From assembly GCA_000002445.1 (NCBI GenBank), contig CP000066.1, positions 480,001-544,000 of the forward strand: a DNA stretch of 64,000 nucleotides, read 5' to 3'. Below are positions 30,641 through 42,151 of the stretch, piece by piece. Below the pieces are notes generated by a model, which was not told where the DNA came from, searched no databases, and saw only the letters and a list, made by a program, of their open reading frames with translations. Source of the stretch: Trypanosoma brucei. Lineage: Eukaryota. How positions within the stretch are numbered: the first letter of the stretch is position 1; every line of letters starts with the position of its first letter. The position numbers were made by a program, and so were the translations under genes.

Positions 30641-31957
30641 CTACAGCTTTATTCCGGTCTTCTTGTGTGTGCTCGCACGGTCAATAAGAAAGTCATACCA
30701 GTTCGCCTCTGAGGTGGTGTCAATAGGTCGAAGTAATGGAAGCAGCACCTCCCTTCCAATCCTACAATTCTCGCATGTGTACAGCAACTGCTTCAGCCCG
30801 TCCTCTTCCTTTGTTGGAAGTTTCTGCACTTCCTTCGTTAGTGTGCAGGTGTAATAATTACAGTCCATGCATTGCAAACACCTGGTGCTTTGGTGCAGGT
30901 CACGTGATGTCAGTGTCACGCGGGAGCTGTCAGCGCAGCGTGGGCATTTCCACACACGGTAATGCGCGCAACCGTTGCTGAACTCCAGGTACTGTCCACG
31001 AGTCATGATTGATTGAAGGGTGGCGTCGTCCCTGACACGGTGCATCGAGCCGTAGCAAGTTGGGCACATGGTGTCGATGATTTGATTCACAAGCACCGTT
31101 GAGCAGAGACCGAAGAATATGATGCCGATTAGGAGGTACGGAACTGATGTCACGCCGTATGCAGCGGTTTTCGCAGCAAACCGCACTTTGTTTCGTGTGG
31201 GCAACGCCAGAAATCCCCTGTTCCACAGCGTGTGCATTTCCTGAGCTTGACGGGCGATGGCATACACAAGCTGTACCACGGCATAACTGGCTTTTCCCTC
31301 TCGTACGAGTGGTTGAAATATTTCCTTGACTGCTGCCTGGAGAAAGTGCTCTGCAAAATACTCCTCGATGGCAGGACTAGTCACGAGTTGGACGCTTGCC
31401 TCGCTCTGCGCAATCAACAGCAACAAGCCATTTCCACGCGGCTCTCCGATTCCCCAATCAAACAGTATGGAATTAGCAAAGGCTCTCGGCGTGGTATAAC
31501 CAACTGTGGGAACAAGCACAACATACATGTCCACCTCACACAGAGATTGCATTTTGTCAATGGCCTGCTCGATCTCCATTCGGTCCTCGCTTGAAAGCAA
31601 GCCACACAAATCACTTACACGCTTTTTCGCATAGCGAGGCACGAGTTCCCATGGCCGGTCGGACTTTCGGTAGTGAATCTCATCGAACGTTTGTATTTTC
31701 TCAAAAGAGGCGATAACTTCTTTGTTGTTGCGATGGCGACCTGCCTTAATGTCCGCAGCTAAGTCACGACTTTGTCCTAATTTTGCCAAAGGTGATAGAA
31801 GGTTGACACCAGCGCTACGTTGCGCCATGAGCAGCACCGGCCTGAACACCGCCGAACCTCCTCGTCCTCCTGAAAAAAAGACGATGTCGCTAAGAATGCG
31901 ACGAGCAGGAGATGAGGACACTCGGAGAGGGGAGAAGTTAATCCGTGTCCGCTCCAT
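30641..31957 (-). CDS. TPM-domain (TLP18.3/Psb32/MOLO-1 family) protein with one transmembrane helix and a C-terminal Cys-rich zinc-ribbon-like region (438 aa). The N-terminus looks like a presequence.
   Basis: TPM-like core: LSSEDRMEIEQAIDKMQSLCEVDMYVVLVPTVGYTTPRAFANSILFDWGIGEPRGNGLLLLIAQSEASVQLVTSPAIEEYF. TM helix: VPYLLIGIIFFGLCSTVLV. Cys pairs: CPTC, C..C, CPRC, CLQCMDC, C..C. Arg/Ser-rich N-terminus. ATG checked at 31955-31957 (reverse complement). Confidence 0.8.
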   Translation of the reverse strand: MERTRINFSPLRVSSSPARRILSDIVFFSGGRGGSAVFRPVLLMAQRSAGVNLLSPLAKLGQSRDLAADIKAGRHRNNKEVIASFEKIQTFDEIHYRKSDRPWELVPRYAKKRVSDLCGLLSSEDRMEIEQAIDKMQSLCEVDMYVVLVPTVGYTTPRAFANSILFDWGIGEPRGNGLLLLIAQSEASVQLVTSPAIEEYFAEHFLQAAVKEIFQPLVREGKASYAVVQLVYAIARQAQEMHTLWNRGFLALPTRNKVRFAAKTAAYGVTSVPYLLIGIIFFGLCSTVLVNQIIDTMCPTCYGSMHRVRDDATLQSIMTRGQYLEFSNGCAHYRVWKCPRCADSSRVTLTSRDLHQSTRCLQCMDCNYYTCTLTKEVQKLPTKEEDGLKQLLYTCENCRIGREVLLPLLRPIDTTSEANWYDFLIDRASTHKKTGIKL

Positions 31958-33163
31958 GCAGCTAAATGTACTTAATAAAGTTTTTTTTTAATTTTGTAAA
32001 AAGGGAGACAAATGTGAGACAAATTGTGTTTGTTTTTTTGTTTTTTTTTTAAAGGGGAGAAGGGGAAAGCAGGTGCTTGTGCTCGGGGGAGGGTTGTAGC
32101 ACCGCACGTGAGGCTACGGCATCATACAGAGATCAAACAGTTCAATTGGTTACTCATTGCATTGCCCATACATATCAAAGTCACGCACGCCATCATCGCA
32201 TGTATGCTTTGCCAAGAAGATGTACGCAACAACAAGGTGTTCCCCATGTGGCTGGAAGAAATAAATAAATAAAGTTGCAATACGCAGCACATACTAACAA
32301 CTTGCAAACAAGCAGTATCTGTGCTCGCAAGTGTTAGAAAACAAACAAAGCAAGCCGTAAGAGCTCATTCCCAACACCATCTTGCGACACGTCCATTGAG
32401 CCACATCAAACGCACCTGTGTGCACACACATATACACAAATACATATATTTATACTTATATATACGTATATGTATTCATTTCCTTGTGTAAACTGCACAA
32501 CCACGATATCACTTCCCGTCAAAATCCTGAACATAAAGCGCCCAACCCCTCAAATGAAGGAGCAAACGCAATTCTTCCCTCTCCCCCTTTTTCTCCAGAC
32601 ACTAGTTAATCCCCCATATTATATGAAATATTAAACACCACAATGATCTGGAGAAATAAAAAGGGAAAGACCAAATACAGAAAAGAAAGAAAGAAAGAGA
32701 GGGGGAAAAAAAAGTAGAGACAGAGAAGAAAGAGGTACACCAAACGTACAGCAGCCATTTTTAGAAAACAAACCCACTCATTGTATCCGTTAAGAGTGCA
32801 GGTGTGGCACCGTCCTCGAAACGGTCACAAGATAAAGGTACGTTTAGCGGATAAGAAGCATAATTCACACGCAATAGAAGGGGGGAGGGGTAAACTACGC
32901 GAGTCGAAAAAAAAAAATGGTACGACAACGAAGGGCATAAAAGAGAGAGAAAGAGAAGTATCAGTGCACAAAAATTTACTACCATTATACGGTCAGCACA
33001 ACACAGAAGCAATAGAAGAGGGAAGAGGGAAAGTCACAGTGCTATTCCCTCATAAACTCCCCTCCTTTTCTTTCTTTTTTTAAAAAAAAAACATTTTTTT
33101 TCTTTTATTTTGCCTCCCACCCTTCTCCTATGGTTTTGGTCCCGTATGCACTGCCTGTCATAA

Positions 33164-33177
33164 GGGGGGGGGGGGGG
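33164..33177. repeat. G14 homopolymer run.
   Basis: taagggggggggggggggcac seen directly. Confidence 0.9.
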
Positions 33178-33486
33178 CACAAATCATTCCCCTTTTACGC
33201 CTCAACCTCCCAATTAGCGGCTACCACCACCCATTCCCGCTTCTTCGTTCATAATACACTCTCGAACGTCGCACACCCACATGCACATACACATCCCAGT
33301 AAAAAAAAAAAAAGAACAGAACGAAACAGAGGTTTGTATGAATAAAGCATGCACATGCACAGTCCTTTCTCTCTCTCTTTCTCTCTCTGTTCAAATGGAT
33401 GAACTACAGATGCTGAATAACCCTTCCCTTCCGTTCCCTTATATATATATATATATATATATAGTCACGCATACGCAACCGATACG

Positions 33487-33876
33487 CTACAAATCATAAT
33501 TACCTTCTTCATCTTGACGCTCACCAGATTGGAGAAATGCTGCCGCCCCCAACAGCGTCACTTGCGATCCCAATGATAACAGAAATGCACCGAGTGAACT
33601 GTAACCCGTGTGATAAAGCACAATGGAGAGAGAAGGTGCTGAAACGGCTAGGGCACCGCTAAGGAAGACGACAAATCCGTTTATTTCGCCATCGTCATCA
33701 AACGTACTTTCCGACCGCCCAAAAAACAAAAAGGGTAGTGGTGTAATAAACGACAGAAGTAATGAAAACAGCGGTAAGACGTTGCTACCTGCCACCACAG
33801 TACATGCAAGTATGGAAAGAACAACCGCAACCACAACCAGCGAGGCAGACAAAACTAATGGTAACAACGCAGCCAT
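33487..33876 (-). CDS. Small hydrophobic multi-pass membrane protein (129 aa), hypothetical.
   Basis: Protein MAALLPLVLSASLVVVAVVLSILACTVVAGSNVLPLFSLLLSFITPLPFLFFG... The ORF-track start at 33942 is a GTG. The first ATG was checked at 33874-33876. It is on the same strand as all other genes, but it is short with a biased composition, so this could be a chance ORF. Confidence 0.4.
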   Translation of the reverse strand: MAALLPLVLSASLVVVAVVLSILACTVVAGSNVLPLFSLLLSFITPLPFLFFGRSESTFDDDGEINGFVVFLSGALAVSAPSLSIVLYHTGYSSLGAFLLSLGSQVTLLGAAAFLQSGERQDEEGNYDL

Positions 33877-35151
33877 GATTTGTCCTACTATTTTTACGCC
33901 CCAACGAAAAAAAAAAAATTCCCCGCAATTTCTTTTTACCACAATGAGGGTACTTTTCTCTTATTCAAACTATTGCTGCACCCTTTTGGCACCTGTGCTG
34001 CTCACTCTGTTTACCCAAAACTTTTTTTTTTTACCTGCAAGACAAAAAGAAAAGAAAGATGTTTAATCCAGGTAAAAAAAAAATAATAATAATATAATAT
34101 AATATATAAAATACTCCTAGCGTAAATACCCACACGACACCGAAAGTGTGTGTGTGTGTTTGTGTGTGACGAGAAAGAAGATTTAGAGTGAGAATGGGGT
34201 GAAAAAGTGAAAGTGAAAAGTGAATGGTTGTGGAAGCAACAACAGGTTAAATTACCGAATGCATTTAATTACAGCTCAAAAGATGTGAATAGTGCTTCTC
34301 TCTGCAGCACTCAAAACTGCTCCCCAGTCCCTGTTGATGTTGGTTTACTGCGCTACATCTCAAGTGGAAGCATATGGAACATCAACAACAAATTAAAAGA
34401 AAAAAAAGAAAGAAAGGCAACACATTCGATTTGTATTAGGCAACGACGCGAACAACTTCACATAATGAGGTACTCCATGCAGTTGCACATGATGTTGTCT
34501 ACCGAAAACAGACTGCAGAGGCACTACACAACAGAAAGATAAAAGGTGGCATCAAATACGCTAGACCAAAAATAAATAAATTAATTAATTCCATGCACTT
34601 GAGTCACTTTCAATCTGTCACCAGTGCATAGGGGGTTTCAAAATGTCAACGGATTGCCAAAACTTTTTCCTTCAAGGTAATAATATGAGCCAACCACCGC
34701 GCCAAAAGGCAAGAGGAGGAAGCATTCATTTTTTCCTCATACGTGTGTGGCACCGTATAGGACACCTTCTTGGCGCCGTACCCAACTTCCTGTGTAAAAA
34801 AAAAAAAAAGACACTTAACCGAATATTATCAAGCGCGTAAACTGCGAAAGCAGCAACCGCCCCGGCAGCGGAATGGGTGGAAAGTTGGTTCCATCTTTTT
34901 TCACACGCCTCAGTAAACAATGACCGCAAGCACAAATAAACGAATTAGGGGCAGTATATCACTGGCTCACGCGTCAGTACAAAGTACATGCGGCTGCGGA
35001 ATCCCTTCAGTACATGAACAGTGGTTCCAGTGCTTGTAAACCTCCACTCGTCGTTTATTGCACACCGAATCCGCCAGCAAATGCTGCATTCCACCGGCTT
35101 GGGCTCCAGCAGGAATAAATGACAACACGATTGCAGAACCCTTCCACCTCC

Positions 35152-35589
35152 TCAACACGTCTCTCCTTTAGCCAATGCTACAACCTTTTCTCTAACCATC
35201 CGCACAAATGACATGCGCTCCTCCGTCGTCTGCAGCCTTTTCGCCGTCTTCGCTGCGCTGACGCACAATAGAAGTGGTCGTTGCTCACCTACTGATTGAA
35301 TGGCATGTGCAATGGCACTAGAAAGTATATTCGTCAGCGCATGATCCCGTACGCCTAACAGATACTCACACGGAAGTGAAGGTAAATTATTAAGACTCTC
35401 ACAACCCACACAAGGGCCGGCATCATGCGGGTCAAAGCGAAGCACTACACCAGGCACACATGTATCATCTTCCGTTACAAGGATCCAAACATAATCGGAG
35501 AAGCACTGCTGCGATATGTGCAACGTCGATGGTTCAGCTCCGTAAGTGAAGGAACACTGGCGAAAACATACGGGAGGTGGTCCTTCCAT
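35152..35589 (-). CDS. Hypothetical protein (145 aa), no recognised domain.
   Basis: Non-repetitive ORF on the polycistron strand, with ATG at 35587-35589 (reverse complement). Its composition is protein-like rather than low-complexity. Confidence 0.4.
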   Translation of the reverse strand: MEGPPPVCFRQCSFTYGAEPSTLHISQQCFSDYVWILVTEDDTCVPGVVLRFDPHDAGPCVGCESLNNLPSLPCEYLLGVRDHALTNILSSAIAHAIQSVGEQRPLLLCVSAAKTAKRLQTTEERMSFVRMVREKVVALAKGETC

Positions 35590-36165
35590 TGTGCGTGTCC
35601 AAAAGTCAATATTCCTTTGCTCCGTGATGTTTATGTGAGAAGTGTGTCAGAGGTATAATTTTGGTAATTTTCCCTTCGTGTATGCTATTACTTCCCTTGC
35701 CTTCTGTCCCCTCCCTACCCTCAAGGGCCTTGGCAGGGTATAACAATAATGTGTATTCTACCCTTCAATTGCGAAACAATGCCAGGTGATGATTTCAATA
35801 TGTGAAAAAGAAAAAAAAAGCACATTTCTTAAAGAAACATCAAAAACATTTGCTTGAAATTCCGTTGAGTGGTAACAAAAACCAAGTGAGCACGCCAACG
35901 AAACGTAATGAAAAACAAGAGAGAGTGAGCATTACCGATAACAATCATAGCACCCCATGACACCGCTCGATGTGTCGGAGACCTCCCGCAAGATATCACC
36001 AACTCACGTCGAGTTATTGTGGCAGAAATCAACAACTTTCTGCGAAACGACACACCCCAAAATATGGGGTCCACAGATATCTTGCCTCCTTTATCTCTAG
36101 CCAACAAAACTACGGCACATACAATCACACACACACACACACACACATACACGTGTACGGTTAGC

Positions 36166-37134
36166 TCATCTTCTCCTCCCCTCAAGTTTGTACTGCATAC
36201 CGCACCCTTTCGCATGGTTTTTAATGCGTTGAAGCACGTGATCAATCATGAGAGATTCCACGGAACCGTTTGGAGACCGGTGCAGGAGTGTTGGGTTTTG
36301 CTCCTCTCCGTTCCAAAATACCAGCACCCGTTCCCGATAATTTTGCAGCATGTTGGCCACAACAGCGTCGCAACGGTAAAGTCCAAGATTCCTAAGTGCC
36401 TTGGCTTTGAGTTGTTCTTCCTCAGTTTCAAGTTTGAATGTGATGAGATATCGCGGGGCGGCACGGCTCGACCCATGCCACTCCTCACTAATGAGGTCAA
36501 GTATTTTGGGTACGTTGTTAAATTGAATAGTTAGCCCATCTCCGCCACTCATTTTATGGTGCGATAGGCGGCTTTCTGGGATGTAGTAATCCGATACAGC
36601 AGCAGCAGCCAAAAGCATCATCGGTGTTTGGCGTAAACATTCTGCCCTATGGCTAAGCGTCCCTGTGAGTAACGAGAAAAGATACAAATACTCTACTACT
36701 GTGTAATATGGTATTTCAAGGAAACGACTTTTATACTTGGTGTAAGCCTCTATGGCTGCACTGACGTCGCAAGACTTCTGTGGTGCATTCAACTCTGCAA
36801 AAAACTGCTCGGTGGTCATGTTGTCGACGAGACGGCGGAAGGGGAGCTGAGAAGTCTTGCTTCGAAGAAGAATGCATGCCCAACCGCGAGCCAGTAGCTC
36901 TTCTACAAGCACAGCCCCGCGCCCACCAGAACTGAAATTAGTGACAAAACGTACGGCGTGTACCTCCAGTGGAACTGCCGTGCCACCACTCGTAATGAAA
37001 GCCACACCTTCACAACCGTCACGGTTGACGCGCTGAGCGAACTCAAGGGTTTTTGCCTCCCACTGATTGAGGTCGCTCCTTCCCTCTTCTGTCAGGTTTT
37101 CGGTAAAGAAGCGGCTCAGTCCCTCGGCACTCAT
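36166..37134 (-). CDS. PPCS: Phosphopantothenoylcysteine synthetase (PPCS; CoA biosynthesis, DFP/CoaB fold) (322 aa).
   Basis: VRFVTNFSSGGRGAVLVEELLARGWACILL matches the PPCS motif (human VRFLDNFSSGRRGATSAE.FLAAGY.V.FL). An upstream GVAFITSGGTAVPLE nucleotide-binding stretch is present. ATG checked at 37132-37134 (reverse complement). Confidence 0.85.
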   Translation of the reverse strand: MSAEGLSRFFTENLTEEGRSDLNQWEAKTLEFAQRVNRDGCEGVAFITSGGTAVPLEVHAVRFVTNFSSGGRGAVLVEELLARGWACILLRSKTSQLPFRRLVDNMTTEQFFAELNAPQKSCDVSAAIEAYTKYKSRFLEIPYYTVVEYLYLFSLLTGTLSHRAECLRQTPMMLLAAAAVSDYYIPESRLSHHKMSGGDGLTIQFNNVPKILDLISEEWHGSSRAAPRYLITFKLETEEEQLKAKALRNLGLYRCDAVVANMLQNYRERVLVFWNGEEQNPTLLHRSPNGSVESLMIDHVLQRIKNHAKGCGMQYKLEGRRR

Positions 37135-37472
37135 AACGTGAAGATTTTTTAAAAAGAGCGGTATCTTCCACTTTTAGACGCTCTTATTTCCTCTTTATAT
37201 ATATATATATATATATTGATCAAGGTGGGGGACACTGCTGGCGCGCGGATTCTCCTTTTGCACCTTCCCTTCGTATCCCTCGAAATATTTCTGCAAAACG
37301 ATGAGAAATGCAAGCACCTGAAATGAAACCACATATAATATATTGTTCAGTGGCAAAAGCACCCTTTTGGCGCTCTGAACGGTGGAGAGGGCAACAAACA
37401 TATTTGGAGTGTGTGCGCAAAGGGGGAAGTTGAACAAAGAGAAGCACAAAATTTAAAACTTACAACTCCACG

Positions 37473-38363
37473 TCACGGAAAAACAGACGAAGCCGAAGTA
37501 ATCTCCTCCTGCAACTCATCCATCTTCTCCTGTAGTTGCTGTCGTAACCGTAGTTTAGAACGCCAGAGCGGCATAACCGCAGCGTTAAATGTGGCACACC
37601 GCTTCTTCACCTCACCAGGTGAGTATGTAGCGACAACCCCAGACTTGTGATGAAATGGAACAAGCAAATCTCCCGGTTCGCTATCAGCGCCGTTGCTTGT
37701 ACATCCGTCGCCGCCAGTTTGATCGCCCTCACATTCATCGTCACTCGAAGATGGGAAAAAGTCGTCCCTGCATGTCACGTAATTAAGCACGCTCTGTGCT
37801 TGGAGTGGAATTATACGTTGTAACTCGCACAACTGGCGGTCATGGAGGCTGGCGCAGATCACTTCGCTACTGTTATTCCTCTCTCCATTAGCCACAGTAG
37901 ATTTCTCATTTTCGCTAACATCAGCCGTTCCCTGCACCTCTTTTGAGCCGTTTTCTACGCCTGAATTTTCCGCCTCTTCATTAGCAGCGGTTTGACACAT
38001 ATCTGTCTGTGAAGTGCTGGAATGAAGAGGTAGTGCAGTGCAGTGCTGAACAACAAGCTGCGCAAACTGCACAGAAATGTTGTAGTGCCGTTGCTCAAGC
38101 TCCTGAAGTTCATCGATCCACACGCAAAGGAACCGGCAAGCATCGTCCGTCGAATCTCTACACAAGCATTGCAGTTCCCGAAACGATAAGCTGACGCACC
38201 GAAAGGCTGCTATAATGCTGTTGTTAACTGCCGTTTCAAAGTCTGAGGCACTTAAGGCGCCACCCAATGCACAGTGAAACTTTGCATCCCACAGTCTATA
38301 CGTTTCGCAGCGAGTGTGTTGCAGCTGCAGAGCCTTCGAAAGCAACTCGGCACCCGTAGACAT
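37473..38363 (-). CDS. Hypothetical protein (296 aa from the first ATG), Cys-rich N-terminal half and acidic C-terminal half.
   Basis: The ORF-track start at 38414 is a TTG. The first ATG (MSTGAELLSK) was checked at 38361-38363. The ORF is on the polycistron strand and not low-complexity. Confidence 0.6.
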   Translation of the reverse strand: MSTGAELLSKALQLQHTRCETYRLWDAKFHCALGGALSASDFETAVNNSIIAAFRCVSLSFRELQCLCRDSTDDACRFLCVWIDELQELEQRHYNISVQFAQLVVQHCTALPLHSSTSQTDMCQTAANEEAENSGVENGSKEVQGTADVSENEKSTVANGERNNSSEVICASLHDRQLCELQRIIPLQAQSVLNYVTCRDDFFPSSSDDECEGDQTGGDGCTSNGADSEPGDLLVPFHHKSGVVATYSPGEVKKRCATFNAAVMPLWRSKLRLRQQLQEKMDELQEEITSASSVFP

Positions 38364-39225
38364 CAAAACGGCGAAATTTCTAAAATTCAGAAGTGGAACA
38401 GGCGCGGGGATCAAAGGTTGAACTATCAGTAGTTCTTTTTTCCCTCCCTCCTTCTCAGTCCCCTCGCGTCCTTAGTCCAGTGCCCACGGCTACTTCAAAG
38501 ATGAAGGGGAAAAAACAAAGAGGAGGAGTGGTTGGTTAAGAGAAAAGTAAAGTTGGTACCTAATGGGTAAATATAGTGCCGGCATGCTCCACAGTAATAA
38601 TGGCATGTTGCCAAATAAGAAAAAAGTAGTCAAAACTCACCACTACATGGCACACGTAAACGAAGGGAAGGTAGTATACATGCATGGCACATCAAGGTGC
38701 AACAATTTGATCCCTTTCCTTCTTTTCTTTTATTTTCATTTTTGACTGTTCAGACACCGCACTAGAAGCCAACAAAAACAAAAAAGGATTTCTGCCGCCT
38801 CACCCTACTGAAATCCAGCAACAGATGTTTTACAAAGAGAGACATGCAATTTTTTTTTCTGTATGCCCCACAAACATATATATATATATACGCCAAAAGA
38901 ATGTCCAAAGATCAGTCACAATGCAATGACGCGACAAAACAGAAAAAAGGAAAGGAAAGTGAAATCGGGTTGAAATCTAAAGAGTAAAATGGAATACGTC
39001 ATGGGGTAAATATCGCCGTCAAATCCTTCAACTGAAGGCCCAGCGCAGAACACAAAGGCGAACACACAATGACAAGACGGAATTCTTAAATAAATAAAAG
39101 AGAAAAAAAAAGGACATCAAACCTTCACTCCTGATTCATATGCCTCGTCTCCCCCCCCCAAAAAAAAAAAACCTCCTCACCCTTCCGAGAATAAACAGAT
39201 AAATCCTCCTTCGGATCGTCACCAA

Positions 39226-40671
39226 TTACAAGATGCCATTACTCATCCACTCTAGTTGTGCCTTTACATCATCACATACAATTGGCACATATCCGCGTCC
39301 TCCCCCCGCATGCTTGAGATAATGTTCACCGAGTGCAAAGCCTAGAGCCACGCGGGCCTGATCGGTTAGGTCGCTGTTGTTTAACTTTCGAGCCGCCCCA
39401 AAGTTAGCACGATAACTCATGAGAGCCTTTTCATGATCACCGCTACTGTCGTACGCCTGACCTAGTTGCATTGTTGCTCGGTAAACGCCCTCTATATCAG
39501 CTGCCTTCTCAGAGAGTTCCAATGCGCATTGCAAGGAATGTACAGCTTCGTCTGTCATATTCATGCGCTCCTGCATGCTCGCAACACACAAAGAGGCCCG
39601 CTTCTCACGCTCAACAAGGTTCGCCGCCCTCGCAACTTCAAAGAACCGTTTCTGGTATTCTAGTGCCCTCCGGAAGTCACCCATGCTTTCGTAAATGTTG
39701 CCAAGTGCGTGCAATGAGTCGGCCTCATCCTTCGAACTCTTAACACGTTGCGACATATCCAGCGCCCGCTCAAGGAAACTGATAGCTTCCTTTGGATTTG
39801 TATCCTTCAACTCCGCACTAAGACTCAAGTAAGTACGTATCAGGCGATAATTGGCCTCTACCGCCGTCTCAACGTCATTTAGTGCCATGGCAAGGTGGTA
39901 CACCTCTTCGAATAAAGCAATTGCCTTCCTGAGTTGCTTGTGCCTCTCAAAGAACGCACCAAACGACAAACGCACCTCCTGCTCAAGTGGGCGGTCCAGC
40001 GATTCCATCGCAATGCGAAGCGCCACGTCATAATGCCACGCGGCCTCGTCACAATCCCGCTCACTTTCGAAATAATCCGCAAGCAATTGGCAACGCTCGC
40101 ATACATCACGAAACTCACTCTGTCTCCTTAACACCTCCACAGCAGCCAGTTGACTCTTCACCCACACTAATTTTTCGTCAGGAATTGTGAAGAGGGTCTG
40201 TGCGAGTTGATCAACGCACACCGGATCCCTGTGTGAAAGGTGAAAGAGATGAATAAATGTGTTTACACATCCCTCTGCTAATGCATCAACGCACAGATGA
40301 AAACGGACCGAGTCCTTTTCACTTTGTGCCACCACAACCGACGCGCAGTTAACGCCCCCGGCAGCGGTGGAAAATCCATCTTTGATAGAGGAGGTTGTGT
40401 TATCGGGCTGACCATGTCGGGTTGTTCCAATACCAAAGGATGACACCACAAGTGCATCGCGCTGCTGCTGCGAAATAAGTGAATCTCTCTGCAACCTTGT
40501 ACGTGTTATCAACTTACCTGATCCGGGTTGGGACGGTTTCACTGGTACCAGGGCCATGTGATTCGAGTCGGGTTTTGCACCCTTACACGCTGACTTTTCG
40601 GGCGAGGGAATGGGGGGAGTTAACTCTTTTAGTGTTACAGTTTTCGTTTTCACAGGCCCAACACTAGCCAT
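39226..40671 (-). CDS. Tetratricopeptide (TPR) repeat protein (481 aa).
   Basis: The C-terminal 300 aa form repeated 34-aa helix-turn-helix units with the W/LG-Y-A-F-A-P pattern, for example ADSLHALGNIYESMGDFRRALEYQKRFFEVA and VYRATMQLGQAYDSSGDHEKALMSYRANFGAA. ATG checked at 40669-40671 (reverse complement). Confidence 0.75.
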   Translation of the reverse strand: MASVGPVKTKTVTLKELTPPIPSPEKSACKGAKPDSNHMALVPVKPSQPGSGKLITRTRLQRDSLISQQQRDALVVSSFGIGTTRHGQPDNTTSSIKDGFSTAAGGVNCASVVVAQSEKDSVRFHLCVDALAEGCVNTFIHLFHLSHRDPVCVDQLAQTLFTIPDEKLVWVKSQLAAVEVLRRQSEFRDVCERCQLLADYFESERDCDEAAWHYDVALRIAMESLDRPLEQEVRLSFGAFFERHKQLRKAIALFEEVYHLAMALNDVETAVEANYRLIRTYLSLSAELKDTNPKEAISFLERALDMSQRVKSSKDEADSLHALGNIYESMGDFRRALEYQKRFFEVARAANLVEREKRASLCVASMQERMNMTDEAVHSLQCALELSEKAADIEGVYRATMQLGQAYDSSGDHEKALMSYRANFGAARKLNNSDLTDQARVALGFALGEHYLKHAGGGRGYVPIVCDDVKAQLEWMSNGIL

Positions 40672-41497
40672 TTCGACAGCAGGTCACACACCCAATCAAC
40701 CAAGGTGATATTCTAATATTTAAAGAAATGTGGTGGATTCTACTGTTCGTGTGCTCTCTCTTTTTCGAATATCTTGTTAACTTCTACTAGTTGCAAGTAA
40801 CTAGGGAGTTACGCAGCTCCTGTATTCCGTTGCCCGTTTGGGGGGGAACAGCAAACGTGAATTTTTACAGTACACGCGTCAGTGGTTTCAGGCTGTGGGA
40901 GTAAGAGTAAGCAACGAGGAAAATTGTAAGGAGTAACACAAATAGCTTGGGCGGGTTGTAAGAATCGGGCGATGAGTTACACGTAACATATAGGTCGTCG
41001 GATCATTGAGGAAACACAGTTTCTCTGCAATCAGGTAGTTTACAGCAGTGCACCACCCATCACCACACCTAAGGCGCAATGCAGGGTTCCCCAACAAAAA
41101 TGGCATACACACACTCGCACACAACGAAAAGGCAGAGAAAAATAAAGAAGATAAACATAGCAGCGGGCGAACCTCAACAAAATAAAGCGGAACATATTTC
41201 TGAACAACATCCGGGGATATTCCATCAGCCGCTTCTCCAACATCAACTACAGATCGCAGCACTGGGTGCAACCCATGCATAGCGTAATGTCCTGTAACTT
41301 GTCAGATTGACGCGCTGGTACATCCAAACAGCAGCTAAGTGAGGGCACATGTCTGGCGGGGACAACCCGATAACCACAAATATAGATGTGAACGTACAAC
41401 CACTAATATTGTCGTGTCTTGCACAGGGCACCCGTGCACACCACAGCGCGAAGAAGAAAACAAAGCGAAACATGCAGGCCACTGAACCCCAACCATG

Positions 41498-42151
41498 TCA
41501 TTGGCGAGCAGCAGACGATCCTGGGTAACCTTCGTCTGACTTGTTGGGCATAGCAGCCTTTGCCGCCTCCTCCCGAAATCGTTTGCGCAAAGTTTGCATA
41601 CTTGCTATACCATTTGGAGTAACGGTATTCGCTAGACCTAACAAAGCCGAGCATCGAACGGTAAAACCCTCATCGCCATAACCTTCAAGAACACCACCTC
41701 GCGAGGTGGCAAGAGGTGGTGGATCCGTTGGTAAATCTGGAAGTCGCCCTCCTCTATCCCAGTTCCTGTTTGTTAAGCGATACAAGAGGACTCTGATGTA
41801 GTGCCTTTCATATGCCGTGGCTTCGATGCGGAGTTTCATTAATGCCGCTATATCCTCTGCCTCTCCCTTTTGTTTCCGCTCTGGAAACTCATTTTTGATG
41901 CCTTGTGAGGCACCGCCGGTATTAGATTGTTTGGGACAGTACTCGACGAAGCAAATGCCTCTACTGCTGCCATTAGCTGGGTTGGTGTAAAGACGAACCG
42001 TCAGTGGGGCAATGTTTGACGGATGAATTTCCGTCAGATACTTCCGTACCTGCCCCTCTGTGACGTACCATGGGAAACCGGAAAGAATGAGTACATCGGC
42101 TGTACCACGGCATGCCGACGTGTGCTCTATCAACCGCGGCTTCTCATCCAT
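41498..42151 (-). CDS. RRM-like domain protein (217 aa).
   Basis: ADVLILSGFPWYVTEGQVRKYLTEIHPSNIAPLTVRLYTNPANGSSRGICFVEY has an RRM-like beta1 (VLILSGFP) and an RNP1-like RGICFVEY. ATG checked at 42149-42151 (reverse complement). Confidence 0.6.
   Translation of the reverse strand: MDEKPRLIEHTSACRGTADVLILSGFPWYVTEGQVRKYLTEIHPSNIAPLTVRLYTNPANGSSRGICFVEYCPKQSNTGGASQGIKNEFPERKQKGEAEDIAALMKLRIEATAYERHYIRVLLYRLTNRNWDRGGRLPDLPTDPPPLATSRGGVLEGYGDEGFTVRCSALLGLANTVTPNGIASMQTLRKRFREEAAKAAMPNKSDEGYPGSSAARQ

Noticed and set aside
34207-34542. 111-aa plus-strand ORF in an intergenic region.
   Set aside because: It is the only candidate on the opposite strand to every real gene. It has Lys/Asn/Ser-biased low-complexity composition and no upstream polypyrimidine/ATG context. 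Most likely chance.
41403-41654. 83-aa ORF overlapping the 3' end of the RRM-like gene, and a 96-aa ORF at 42431-42721 overlapping the 3' end of the 554-aa gene.
   Set aside because: These are short overlapping alternate-frame ORFs without motifs, inconsistent with kinetoplastid gene spacing.
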